NCBI GenBank assembly: GCA_964016885.1
Contig: OZ024754.1
Location: 27,776,001-27,840,000 of the forward strand
Length of the DNA stretch: 64,000 bases
Direction: 5' to 3'
Source of the DNA: Eledone cirrhosa
Taxonomy: Eukaryota
Positions 25,804 through 38,706 of the stretch are shown in pieces (position 1 is the stretch's first letter; each line of letters starts with the position of its first letter). The position numbers were made by a program, and so were the translations under genes. The notes beneath the pieces were generated by a model that worked only from the letters and a program-made list of their open reading frames with translations, was not told the DNA's origin and ran no database searches.

Positions 25804-27685
25804 AGGGTTCTTGCTGTTCCCAGCAGGCATGCCTTTGAAGCGTTCCAAAAAGCGTGAAGGGGCCAATTTTCTTTAACCATCCCTGGAAACTTTTTGAGAT
25901 AGTACCTAGTGCGCCTATGACAATCGGGATCACTTTGACTTCATGGCAGTTCCAAATCCTTTTTACCTCCCACTTTAAGTCCTGGTATCGGTTAATTTTC
26001 TCCCTCTCCTTCTCTTGCACTCTCGTGTCGAATGGGTAGGCCACATCCACAATCAGGCACGATCTTTTTTCTTTGTCCACAACCACCAGGTCAGGTCTAT
26101 TGTGTTCCAGTTTCTTGTCCGTCTGTATCCTAAAATCCCACAGCACCTTCACCTGATCGTTTTCTATCACCGACTCTGGCTTATGCTCATACCACTTCTC
26201 AGAATGTGGTAAATTGTTTACTTTGCATAGGTGCCAGTGGATCACCCTGCCCATCACATGATGTCTCCAGCCCTTATAGTGAGTCTGGGCTAGGTGTTTA
26301 CACTCGGATACAATGTGAGCCACAGTCTCCTCTCTCTCTCCACAGATCCTGCACAGTGGGCTAGCCTCCTCCTTGTAAATATGGTGTTTCAACCACTTCG
26401 TTTTGAGGGCCTGCTCCTGCGCAGCCATTAACATTCCTTCTGTAGCCTTTCTAAGGTCTCCTCTTTTCAACCAGTTCCATCTCTAAATTCAGTTTTCTCA
26501 AAGAAGGTACTATGAAGGGATTTTTCATGAAGGCTGCTCTTTCTCCTTGATGTTATTTCCTCCTTGGACATCCCCTGGCCTATTGTCCTCCTCCTTCAGT
26601 ACAGTTCTGAGCATTGGCTCCTTATTATCAGTCACGTATTTGTGTAGGTTGTTTTTCTCCATCTGAACACAGTCCTCTATGCTGATAAGACCTCTTCCAC
26701 CTTCAGATCTCCTTAAGTAGAGTCTATCGACATCACTCCTCTTGTGGAACATGTTGTAAATAGTCAATAGCTTCCTAGTCTTCCTATACATTTCTTTTTG
26801 TTCAGCAACATTCCATCTCAGAATTCCCGCACTGTACCTAATAATAGACACAGCTCGGGAATTTACTGCACTTATGGCATTCCTACTGTTCAGATGTGAC
26901 TTTAATACGCTCCTTACTCTCCGAATGTATTCAGTTCTTATCAATTCCTTCATTTTTTTGTTCTTGATGTCATCAGCCTCCAGAACACCCAAATTCTTGT
27001 ATCCTTCTTCAGAGTCAATTTCCTTTATCATCTCACCTATTGGTACCTGGATTCCGTTACTTCTGCTCAACTTACCCCTCTTCATCACAATGACTCCACA
27101 CTTACTAATACCAAATTGCATACATATATCATTGCTGAAAATACGGACAGTGTCAAAAAGCACATCCAGCTCCTTCTCACTCTTCCCGAAGAGCTTAAGA
27201 TCGTCTATGAAGAGGAGGTGATTGATGGTAAGCCCTCCCTTTCCCAACCTGTATCCTGCTCTCACTTTTCGCAGTACACTGGTCAGGGGCATCAGGGCAA
27301 GGACAAACAACAGAGGGGACAGACTATCTCCCTGGAAGATACCTCTCTTGATCTTCACGCTTCCCAAGGATTCTCCAGTTGATGTTTACTCTGTTTGCCA
27401 GGACTTAATACTTTTGCCCAACAACTGTCTGATGTTATCTGCCACCTGAAGATCTCCAGGCTTTTGGTGATCCAAGAATGAGGCACCATGTCAAATGCAT
27501 TTTTGTAGTCTATCCATCCCATGGCAAGACCAGTGTGTCTCCTTGCAATTCCTCATTACCATCTTATCAATAAGTAACTGGTCCTTTGTACCACGTGACT
27601 TCTTTCAGCATCCTTTCTGTTCGTCCGGTAACAAGTTGTTTGTGTGGAGGTGATGGTAGATTTCCTCAGACATAATGCTTGTCAA

Positions 27686-27687
<2 letters not shown>
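25804..27687 (-). mobile_element. Dong-like copy A4, 5'-truncated, disrupted, 3' UTR missing
   Basis: RT C-half and RLE pieces (27367-26525, 26470-25804). The 5' truncation point abuts (TTA)n at 27688. Confidence 0.92.
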
Positions 27688-27749
<62 letters not shown>

Positions 27750-27761
27750 GTTATTGTTATT

Positions 27762-28965
27762 CCTTGAATCTCAGTCATTGATGTTGGTTAACTGGAAAGT
27801 CCGTTGGATTGAATATCAAGCCACTACCTGCAGCCTCAGATATTCAGGACGTATCGGAGGGTTCTTGCTGTTCCAAGCAAGCATGCCTTTCCAAAAAGCG
27901 TGAAGGGGCCGATTTTCTTTAACCATCCCTTTGAAACTTTTGTTCATCTAATTTAAATAAACCAATCTCGTTCCAGATGTTATGCATCCGTCTCCTGTAG
28001 CCCCTCTCCTTGGGGTTACTTTTCAGGTAACATTGCATAACAGTTCTATTCAATTCTTTCGTCCAGTTGGTTCTGGCCCCTTTCCTTCTTCTCCTTCCTC
28101 CAACATCAGCAGTATTTGGTTGACAGTCAGGTTCCTGCTGCTGAGCCAGGGGGCACCTGTTGGGTGAGAGTCTGTCACATGACGTTCTAGTCTCCATTTC
28201 ACCGTTATTCGAACTGTTTATGTTCGATATTTAAACACTATTATCGAGGATTGGCGAATGTATGGTTACATATCCATCTGTGGATCCGCTATTCCACTTG
28301 GCCCTTGTGTGGCATTATCACCACGCTGTATACGAACACACATAAACAAACAAACACACAGGCAGAAAGGGCCCCAAAAATGAATAAGCATAAGTTTCAT
28401 TGTAATGTAGTGTTCGAATGTCTGACTTAGTTTTTGTTTTTTAAGTTTTAGTTTTTCCCCCCTCTTCTCTGTCCGCCCGCCTGTTTCTCTCTTCATTCTT
28501 ATTTTCTTTACGTTTTTGGGGTTTTCTGTTTTTTTTTGTTTTTGTTTTTCTCTGTTTGTTTTTCTCGTTTTTTGCTGTTGTTGCTGTGCTGCTTTGGTTT
28601 TGTTGTTTGTTTTTTCTTTTTTCTTTTGAGTCTATCTATATATTTTGATGCCTTCCTCTTTGTTAGTAGTAGGAATTCTATAATGTGGAAGTAGCAGCCA
28701 GCAGGGAGAAGTGGGAGACTGGCGGCGGTAGCGATACTGAGATAGTGGTGGTGGTGATGTCGATACCGAGGCAGTGGTGGCGGTGATGCGACCGTATTAC
28801 TGTAGTGATGGTGCTGTAGCGGTGGCAGCAGTGAAGGAGTAAAGGGGTGGTGGCGGCGGTGATGGGATAGTGGTGGTAATGATGGCCGTAGTGAGCGGTG
28901 GTGGTGAAGGTGAAAATGACGTTATCTGGCTGTTGTGTTTAGTGTACACAGATGGGGTGAGTGGT
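27762..28965 (-). mobile_element. Dong-like copy A5, internally deleted (~3 kb), both flanks in (TAA)n
   Basis: Most of the 5' UTR plus the first ~87 codons are joined at ttttg (27938-27942) to the last ~100 nt of the ORF and the 3' UTR. Confidence 0.92.
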
Positions 28966-28977
28966 TATTATTATACG

Positions 28978-29031
<54 letters not shown>

Positions 29032-29511
29032 TGATTCTCAGTCATTGATGTTAGTTAACTGGAAAGTTTGTTGACATGAATATCAAGCCACTACCTGCAG
29101 CCTCAGATATTCAGGACGTATCGGAGGGTTCTTGCTGTTCCCAGCAAGCATGCTTTTTGAAGTGTTCCAAAAAGCGGGGCGGGGCCGATTTTCTTTAACC
29201 AACCCTGGAAACTCCTTGAGATAGTACCTAGTGCGCCTATGACAATCGGGACCACTTTGACCTAATGGCAGTTCCAAATCTTTTTTAGCTCCCACTTTAA
29301 GTATCGGTTAATTTTCTCCCTCTCCTTCTCTTGCACTCTCGTGTCGAATGGGCAGGCCACATCCACAATCAGGTACGATCTTTTTACTTGTCCAAAACCA
29401 CCAGGTCAGGTCTATTGTGTTCCAGTTTCTTGTCCGTCTGTATCCTAAAATCCCACAGCACCTTCACCTGATCGTTTTCTATCACCGACTCTGGCTTATG
29501 CTCATACCACT
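29032..29511 (-). mobile_element. Dong-like copy A6, short 5'-truncated 3' fragment
   Basis: Matches the A1 3' ~0.5 kb and is flanked by (TTA)n on both sides. Confidence 0.9.
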
Positions 29512-29512
29512 C

Positions 29513-29580
<68 letters not shown>

Positions 29581-29785
29581 GGCGACCTACTTAGTAAATG
29601 TTATCATCGTGAGCTCCGCAAAGGTTTGTTATTTTCAGTTGTTTAAAATTGCCATTTATGAAATTTTTTATTGTTAAATGTGCACATACATTGTTTTCTG
29701 AAAAGGACACACAAAAAGATTGGGGCCTTGAGCCCAAAATTTATACTTTTATAATTATCAAACAAAAGTTTTTCTTTGTAAAATC

Positions 29786-31601
29786 ATGGACGACTCAAAG
29801 TCATACCTTCCTCACAATCTAACACCTCACACCGACACCACCATTGTAAATATTACTACGTTTGCCAACACTAAAAATATAAGCAGTAGCAACATTTTAA
29901 ATTTGTCTCAGGCAGACATTCATTTCCCGCCATTACCAATGACTGCAGGTGTTAAAGCCCCCCCCCCCCCCCCCCACCCACCCACCACCACCACCACCAC
30001 CGCGACCCCACCCCCATCCCACCACCACCATGACCCCCCCCCCCTCTACCACCACCACCGCGACAACAGAAACAAAAGAAAAAAATAAATTAACTCGTGA
30101 TATCGAAATGAATTCAACCTAAATGAACTCTTCCACACCGAACACCACTGACGCCATCACCACCACAACTGAAACTAAAATTAACAATAACAAAAATAAC
30201 GATAACAACAACAACAACAATGAAATTAAGAAAACAACCCTGAGTTTTGCCAGAGTAGCAAAAAATGCGAAGCATTTCAGGTAACTCAGGAGGAATTAGA
30301 AGTAGCCAAAAAAATGGTAAAGAAAGTTGGGTACAGGGTCAGCCTCAACCCCCCCCCCCCCCCGCCTAATAAAATGGAGCATCGGCGCCTATGCACCGTG
30401 TCTTATCGAACAATTAATATAAAATCGCGCCGAGTGTAACGGCCATCCGAGTCCCAAATCCAAAAAGCTTTGGGACATGTGTGGGAAAAAAAAACCCACA
30501 TCAGACGTAGGCAGAAATATGGAAACGTGGACGTGTTCTTTGAAACACCACATGAGGCTAGAGAACACTCCATGGCCCCATTAAGAAGTGACGACTTCAC
30601 ACTCGTCCCAATCTATTGTGGCCAGAGACTCGTAAAGATAAGGGTGACCCACGTTCCACCGGCCATCGAAATTCCCTGGCTAATAGCTGCCGTCCTCGCC
30701 GGCATCGAAGCCAACACCAAGATAATCGAAATAGCGAAAGAAAAGCGGGAGAACTGGTCCGGATCTGGGATGGAGCTCCTGATCCAAGCGGACCAAAAAA
30801 GCATTGAGGAGATCCCAGAGGTAATAGACCTCACTGACGGCAGCCACCTCACCGTAATCGTCGAGGGCAGAAGGCCTAGGTGTGTCGTTTGTGGTGAAGG
30901 AACCCACCTAAGGGCTTTCTGCCTTCGGGCTAAAAGGTTGAGGCCACCTCTCTTACCCACCCCAGTGACTCAACCATCAACACCAGCAGCAGCAGCAGAG
31001 ATGGCAGCAACAACTGTAGCAGCAACAACAGAAGCAACTGTAACAGCAACAACCCCAGCAACAGTAGCAAAACCAACACCACCACCACCAAAAAAGAAAA
31101 AATTCTCTTCCTTCCTCCTCCAAAAACAAAATACAGAGGGAAACAAATAAACTATTAAAAAAAAAAGTTAGGACAGATATGCCACCAGCCACACCAGCAT
31201 CACCAACCCCATCACCACTAACACCAACACCATCACCATCATTAACCCCACCACCACCTACACCACAAAAGTCACCAAAAAGCGAAACAGAAACAAACCC
31301 ACAACAAACGCAAACAAAACAAAACAACCAAAACGATACACACTACACAGCATTAAATTTGAACAACAACCAATTATTACACTACATCCAACACAACACC
31401 AGCATCACAGAAAATGACTACACAACAACCCAAAAGTTCACACCACCTCCACACATACAAATCACTCGCATCACACAGAAAACTTACATGACACTAAAAC
31501 AAAAATTCCCCAAAGACATCGGAGGCTTCCGACAAGCACTCTCCAGGAGGATTTATAAGGACATCCTTCCTGAGGAGGCCACAAGCAGTGAAAAGGAATA
31601 G
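29786..31601 (+). pseudogene. Disrupted Tx1 ORF1, divergent from T1 ORF1
   Basis: Pieces 29786-30088, 30470-31150 (VWEKKTHIRR..KYGNVDVFF..PIYCGQ..VEGRRPRCVVCGEGTHLRAFC) and 31179-31601 (KFPKDIGGFR..SRRIYKDIL). Confidence 0.85.
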
Positions 31602-31630
31602 GGAGCATAAATTCCACAAGCGGTGAAAAG

Positions 31631-34600
31631 GAATAGGGAGCATAAATGCGCGTGGCTTGGGATCGGCATGAAAGCAGGGCCACCTGCTCAACGACCTCAG
31701 GTTACTAAACATAGATGTAGTACCATCAGCGAGACCAGAATCTCCGAAGCACGGGCCTTCGCACCGATCTTCGGCGGCTACGATGTGTACGCATCTCCCA
31801 GCCGTCCGGGATCAGGGGGAAGAGTTGCTGTGCTTTTTCGGAGAGGTTTGGATCTCGCCATACGGGCGATCTTCCTGGACCCAGAAGGTAAGTTGGTGGT
31901 GCTAGACGTGACCAGCGGAGACGGGCAGGCTTTCAGGCTAGTGGCCGTCTATGTCCCGACAGGAGCAGGGCGGCCTGGTTTCTTCCGGCGTCTGGAGACC
32001 TTTCTTGGAACGTCCCGCTCTTTAGTGTTAGTGGGCGACTGGAACGGGATCTTAGATGCACGCTGGGACTGCGTGGGATTAGCGGATAGGGGAGGAGGGT
32101 GCAAGAGCCTCACCAACCTGCTCAGGCGTTTTGAACTGTCTGACGGGTACCGATTGGATTTCCCGAATGTGCCAATGTGGACTTGGACAAAACGCATAAG
32201 GTCATCCAGATCATATCTAGATAGAGTATTTTGTAGAGAAATAGATAGGTCTAACATAGGCTGTCCACAATTCAAGATAGTCAGCTACACGGACCACAAA
32301 TTCGTGATCTGTGTGCTTGACTTAGATAGGCTTCATAGACGAGGACCCGGCTACTGGAAGCTAAACGCGTCCTTACCAGCGTGCAAGGCCTACAGAGACC
32401 GGATTAGCGAACTAGTTAAGCGGGCGTTGACGGGGGCCATCGTCAACAACAAGTGGTGGTTTGCTCTGAAAAGAGCAATTAGAATAGAGTCCATTAGATT
32501 TAGTAAGGCTTTTGCAATAGAGAAAAATAGAGAAGAGGGAGAATTAGTTAGAAAATTAGACGAGGCGCTTAGCAAAGGCATCGCGACCGACGTACTTGCG
32601 GCGAAACTGGCCCTTGACGAATTCTTCAATGCAAAGCACGAAGGCTGCGTTGTCAGAGCTAGGGTGCGTGCTCTCAGACACGAGGGGACGAAAGCCGTTC
32701 AATGGGCCCGAGTGGCGGAGGCGCGTCGTGGCAACAAAGCCACGATCCGGTCTTTGGTGGACCACGACGGGCACATGCTACTCGATCCCGGGCAAATGGG
32801 TGAAGCTTTCCAGCGACACTTCGCCCAGCTGTTCAGGGGCAGCGGCGGGCCGAATGGAGGGATGGACTGTAGTGTCTACCTCGACGGGTGCCGCGGCTCT
32901 CGGCGACTGAGGCGGAGTGTTGCGAAAAGCCGATAACAGCCGCTGAAGTACGGGAGGCAATGACTGGCTGCACAAGGGGTAAATCGCCTGGTTTGGATGG
33001 TCTACCCTATGAACTTTACGTACAGATGCCAGATTTGTTCGAAGGCCTCTTGGCGGACGTCTACTGCAACTGGAAACAGAACGGGAGAATTCCCAGCTCT
33101 GTGAGCCGAGGAGCTGTGGAGCTGCTGGGAAAGGATCCGAACAAGGGGGATAACAGATAATTTCAGGCCCATAACTTTGCTAAACACAGAGTTCAAGATT
33201 TTGGCCAAGGTGCTAGCAAAGAGGTTGGCGCTTGTCGTTGGTGGTCTGGTGGGAGAGGCGCAGACATGCGCCATTCCCGACAGATCCATCCACGACAACC
33301 TCCACCTCATGCGATACATCGTAGAGAGGGTAGCTAGGGAACCTGGCACGGGTGGGTCCTTGATCAATTTAGATCAGTCGAAAGCTTTCGATAGGGTCGA
33401 CCATCGTAACCTAGCGGCAGTCCTGAGGGCGGCTGGCTTTGGGCCCGTCTTCAGAGGCTGGATCACTGCCATGCACAGCGACATCTGCTCTGTGGTGAGA
33501 GTGAACGGTCACCTTTCGGAACAGTTCAACATCATGCGCTCGGTCCGCCAAGGATGTCCCCTCTCGCCCCTCTTGTACGTATTGACTCTCGGGCCATTAC
33601 TGCACAAACTGTAGACGTTGAGGGGGGTCCCGCGCGAACTAGGATGCGGAAGATCCGTGTCAGCATATGCGGACGATGTCACCGTAGTGGTGTCGAACGC
33701 CAAACACATCGAGGCGATCGGCTCTACACTAAGAGAATACGAAGCGGTGACAGGAGCAATGATCAACCAGGAAAAGTTAGTGGGCCGGCAGCTCGGCACC
33801 TGGAGAGGCAGGTCCATGCCGTCCAACAGCGTCGTAGGACGCTGGACGGACGGACCGGTTAAATTGCTAGGGGTCTGGTTCGGTCCGGACCTCCAGACGG
33901 ACAAAAACTGGGACGAGGTGACGAGCAGGGTGGCTTCTCTCACCCAGAAATGGGCGGAGAGTAAGCTATCCCTGAAAGGTCGAGCGGAGGTGGCTAACGC
34001 GTACATCTCATCTGTCATCTGCAACCGCCTGATCGTCGTACCTTGTCCTAAGTCTCGCCTGACTGCGCTGGAGCGTTTGCTCTTTCGCTTTTTGTGGAAG
34101 GGACGCGCTCCGATGGTCAGGCGGTCCATCAGTTGTCAACACCCGCTACGTGGAGGGCTGGGCATGCCGTGGCTGATGATGCGCAGGCACGCGCTCAGGC
34201 TACGACATCTCCACCTCTTCCTCGACGGTGATCAGGTGTGGTCGCCGTTTGCTAGACACGTATTTCCCCAGCTCGTTTCCTTGACGGAGCTGCAGTCCTG
34301 GGTCAAGCGAAGACTGAGAGGGAGCGCCTGGAGACTGGAATGTCTTCAGGCGCTCACAGCCCTCGACCAATCGGGCAATGTGATCGGTGGAAACTCCACC
34401 TCGGCGTTCTATAGAGGATTAGTTGAGGGGAAGAGTGACGACGTACTTGTGGAAACTCTAGGCGTCGACGAAAATCAACTAGCCAATCTCTTCGGAAGAA
34501 CTTTCTGGCCGGGACCTATGGACAACTTCCAGAAATCTCTGGCCTGGCAGTGCTAGCGAGGAGCCGTGCCAGTTCGGGATAAACTCTACAGGCATGGAGG

Positions 34601-35033
34601 TGCCGTCAGACAGGCATGTCCGAGATGCGCGCAGGGCGACGAAACCGTCCTGCACGCACTCGTCCAGTGTCCGAAAATTGCTGACTTGTGGGTTTATGTC
34701 GAACACCTGCTGTCGCGTGTAGGACGGATCCGGCTATCATCTGAGTCCATCGTGAGTATTGCCCCGCCCTCTTCCTTTAGCCGGGAAGGACAGGCAGTTT
34801 TTATCTGTCTGGTGGCTATGGCGAAAGAGATAGTATGGTGGACACGTTTGAAAGGGCTGAAGACGAACACTTACCTCTTCGGTGATGCCCTGATTGACTT
34901 TTTCAAATTTCATTTGAAAAGGAAAATCAGAGTAGAGAGGGAAGTGCTCTCTTCCCAGCATTTTGTTGAAAGATGGGTGAGAGAAGCAAGAATGGCCCGA
35001 GTGAATGGGCCTACTCTGAGTACGTATCTGTAA
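31631..35033 (+). pseudogene. Disrupted Tx1 ORF2
   Basis: Highly similar to T1 ORF2 along its length, with frameshifts and stops; the start codon region is replaced. Confidence 0.95.
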
Positions 35034-35306
35034 ATTAAAGGTGGAAAACTGGGAGAGGGCACTTGCCTTGGTGGTCAGGGTCACTGTGGCCTTTTACTGG
35101 GCTTTCTCCACAAATGTCCCTCCCCCTATTGGGGAATTTTTCATTGTTATTTTTTTTTGTTACATCCTCTGTTTTTGTTTTTTACACGCAGAAATGCCCA
35201 TTTGTACCGCCCTGTATTGTCCTGTACTGTCCTTAATGTCTACTTTATGTAAACCTTTGTGGTTAATAAAGAAATCATTATTATTATTATTATTATTGTT
35301 GTTATT

Positions 35307-35944
35307 CCTTGAATCTCAGTCATTGATGTTGGTTAACTGGAAAGTCCGTTGGATTGAATATCAAGCCACTACCTGCAGCCTCAGATATTCAGGACGTATC
35401 GGAGGGTTCTTGCTGTTCCAAGTAAGCATGCCTTTTGAAGCGTTCCAAAAAGCGTGAAGGGGCCGATTTTCTTTAACCATCCCTGGAAACTTTTGGAGAT
35501 AGTCCCCAGTGCGCCTATGATAAACGGGATCACTTTGACTTCATGGCAGTTCCAAATCCTTTTCACCTCCCACTTTAGGTCCTGGTATCGGTTAATTTTC
35601 TCCCTCTCCTTCTCTTGCACTCTTGTGTCGAACGGGCAGGCCACATCCACAATCAGACACGATCTTTTTTCTTTGTCCACAACCACCAGGTCAGGTCTAT
35701 TGTGTTCCAGTTTTTTGTCCGTCTGTATCCTAAAATCCCACAGCACCTTCACCTGATTGTTCTCCATCACCGCCTCTGGCCTATGCTCATACCATTTCTC
35801 AGAATGTGGTAAATTGTTTACTTTGCACAGGTGCCAGTGGATCACCCTGCCCATCACATTGTGTCTCCAGCCCTTATAGTGGGTCTGGGCTAGGTGTTTA
35901 CACTCGGACACAATGTGAGCCACAGTCTCCTCTCTCTCTCCACA
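35307..35944 (-). mobile_element. Dong-like copy A7, 5'-truncated (RLE domain + 3' UTR)
   Basis: ORF 35923-35381 matches the A1 C-terminus; (TTA)n on both sides. Confidence 0.93.
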
Positions 35945-35964
35945 TTGTTATTATTATTATTATT

Positions 35965-36150
35965 CTTGGAGTCTCAGTCATTTATGTTATTTAACTGGAA
36001 AGTTTGTTGAAATGAATATCAAGCCACTACTTGAGGCCTCAGATATTCAAGACGTATCGGAGGGTTCTTGCTGTTCCCAGCAACCATGCCTTTTGAAGTG
36101 TTCCAAAAAGCAGGGCTGGGCTAATCTTCTTTATCATCCTTGGAAACTCT
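35965..36150 (-). mobile_element. Dong-like copy A8, short diverged 3' fragment; right edge of the array
   Basis: Matches the 3' UTR and last codons of family A with many substitutions. Confidence 0.85.
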
Positions 36151-36496
36151 TTATCTCTGTCGTTTGCAAAGAAAATTATATAGTATGTGTGAGATATAAA
36201 ACAATTTTAACCACGATTTCCCTATATATTCGTAAACTTGGTGTTATCTAATATGAACGCTTATGCTTTATAATCGGAAGCCACAACGTTTTCAAAAACT
36301 AATGGACATTCTCCTATTCGTTTTATTAATATATATATATATGTATATATGTATAACGCTCTTTCCTACGTTCTTCTACACACTATACATCTCAATTTAC
36401 ATTCACTTACATCTCTCTCTCCACCACCGGATCTTGTTACCCGGAGAATTACCCATCTGCATTGTTGAGGCTTCCAAAACGACCTACAGAAAATAT

Positions 36497-36569
<73 letters not shown>

Positions 36570-36602
36570 TGAGAAAAACCACAGACCCTCCATCTCAACT
36601 CA

Positions 36603-36640
36603 CCTTTTGAAAAGCAGAAGAACTGCGAAACCGGTAAAGG
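36603..36640 (+). ncRNA. Degenerate minimal type I hammerhead motif
   Basis: cctt-TTGAAAA-gcag-aagaa-ctgc-GAAA-ccgg-TA-aagg. Stems are intact but the CUGANGA box has two substitutions. Confidence 0.6.
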
Positions 36641-36775
36641 AACCAAATAAATATATATATTTTTTTAAAAAATAAGACTTCAGTTGCATTTTCGATTTCA
36701 TCTCTTTTTCTTTATACTTCCACTCGCGTAGCACACCTCGGTTATTTTTCATTTTGTAAAAAAAAACCTCACTTT

Positions 36776-36858
<83 letters not shown>

Positions 36859-36960
36859 CGTCCCTTCACGCACAAGGCGCCAAGGTACGCATGTATTGTC
36901 CAACCAAGTGCCAATGTGGTTCAATGGCGGGTTAATAAATTAACGAGCCAGAACAAATAT

Positions 36961-37516
36961 AAACAAGGTTTAGTAAATAATGAAAAAGTTTCAAAATAAA
37001 TTTTAAAAAATTGACTTTACCTACTATAGTTACCTTTACCGATCGGTTTCGAATCCCAAAAATAAAACGGAGACCATACGGCCTTCGTTGCAAAGAGAGA
37101 TTCTCGTCAGAAGGTTCTTTTCATTCAAAGAATATAAAATTCCTGAATTTAAATCACAAACTAGCGCTATCAAAAACTGTTCCTGGGATGAGAGTGCTGC
37201 TGGCAACAGCGGTGGCTAGTTTGACCTACCTCCTTTTGCCTCTATCTTTGCTACGGCCCTTGATAAACCTGTTCTACATCATCCACTCTCATCCCAGGAA
37301 CAGTTTTTGATAGCGCTAGTTTGTGATTTAAATTCAGGAATTTTATATTCTTTGAATGAAAAGAACCTTCTGACGAGAATCTCTCTTTGCAACGAAGGCC
37401 GTATGGTCTCCGTTTTATTTTTGGGATTCGAAACCGATCGGTAAAGGTAACTATAGTAGGTAAAGTCAATTTTTTAAAATTTATTTTGAAACTTTTTCAT
37501 TATTTACTAAACCTTG

Positions 37517-37519
<3 letters not shown>
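36961..37519. repeat. Perfect inverted repeat, 236 bp arms, 87 bp spacer
   Basis: 36961-37196 is the reverse complement of 37284-37519; the ORF track shows the same peptide on both strands. Confidence 0.95.
37365..37448 (+). ncRNA. Type I hammerhead ribozyme (mirror copy at 37032-37115, minus strand)
   Basis: Stem I acctt/aaggt, CTGACGA, stem II gaatctc/gggattc, GAAA, palindromic stem III ccgatcgg, GUA cleavage triplet. Confidence 0.88.
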
Positions 37520-37595
<76 letters not shown>

Positions 37596-37823
37596 TATAT
37601 ATATATATATATATATATATCATATATATATATATCATATATATATATATATATATCATATATATATATATATCATATATATATATATCATATATATATA
37701 TATATCATATATATATCATATATATATATATCATATATATATATATCATATATATATATATATATATCATATATATATATATCATATATATATATATATC
37801 ATATATATATATATCATATATAT
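37520..37823. repeat. (TA)n tract with periodic ATC interruptions
   Basis: Directly visible; the same pattern occurs at 38427-38706 and 39035-39585. Confidence 0.9.
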
Positions 37824-38076
37824 AAATGAGAGGTATAGAGATTGTTTTAGCAAGAAGCTAACGGCATTCTATAACATATATGCGACTATAACGTCAAGAT
37901 GGGAAAAGTAGTTAACGAAAGATTTAGGAAAAATAACTCAAACTCATCTCAAAAGAGAATCAGGATATAAATTCATCCACAGAATTTAGTAAAATCCAGG
38001 GAAAATCTATAGACCTTTAACTCATGATAAAATAAAGTTTGAAACACTTATCCTTCAATTTGGAATAACATCAAAT

Positions 38077-38158
38077 GCTCTGTATAGTCTTAAAAGACTA
38101 TTTCATGAAAACTTTCAGTGGAGATGGTCACGGTTGGAATTTCAATCATCAGCAGAGC
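38077..38158 (-). ncRNA. Type I hammerhead ribozyme
   Basis: Minus strand: gctctg-CTGATGA-t-tgaaa...tttca-t-GAAA-tagtct-ttta-agacta-TA-cagagc. Perfect 6-bp stems I and III, AUA triplet. Confidence 0.85.
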
Positions 38159-38627
38159 TCAACAGAAAACCAGGGCTCTCACAGTAATATAATCCGAAAA
38201 AGGGAATTCTAAAACTGGCTAGTTCACCTTCATGTGTATTTATGAAAAAGCACATGAGGAAAAAACGGGGCTAGTGACGTCAGGATGGAAGTGAATGTTT
38301 ATTTACAAGAAATAGCAGTCAAATACATTCTGAAAAAAAACTCTACAAAGGAGTTCAGCAAAATAGCAATATTATCACAGTTTTTATGAAAAAAACCGGG
38401 ATTAGTCACAGATAGTTTAAGCACTCTATATATATCATATATATATATATATCATATATATATATATATCATATATATATATATATATATATATCATATA
38501 TATATATATATATCATATATCTATATCATATATATATATATATATATATCATATATATATATATATATCATATATATATATATATATATCATATATATAT
38601 ATATATATATCATATATATATATATAT

Positions 38628-38704
<77 letters not shown>

Positions 38705-38706
38705 TA

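Larger units (their letters stand above)
29581..35276 (+). mobile_element. Tx1-clade element copy T2 (disrupted), complete 3' end
   Basis: Begins right after (ATT)n 29513-29580. Ends AATAAA-gaaatc directly followed by (ATT)n, with no poly(A). Confidence 0.9.

Noticed and set aside
37011-37469. Identical N-terminal peptides on both strands (MTLPTIVTFTDRF...)
   Set aside because: A consequence of the inverted repeat with TTG starts; not a gene.
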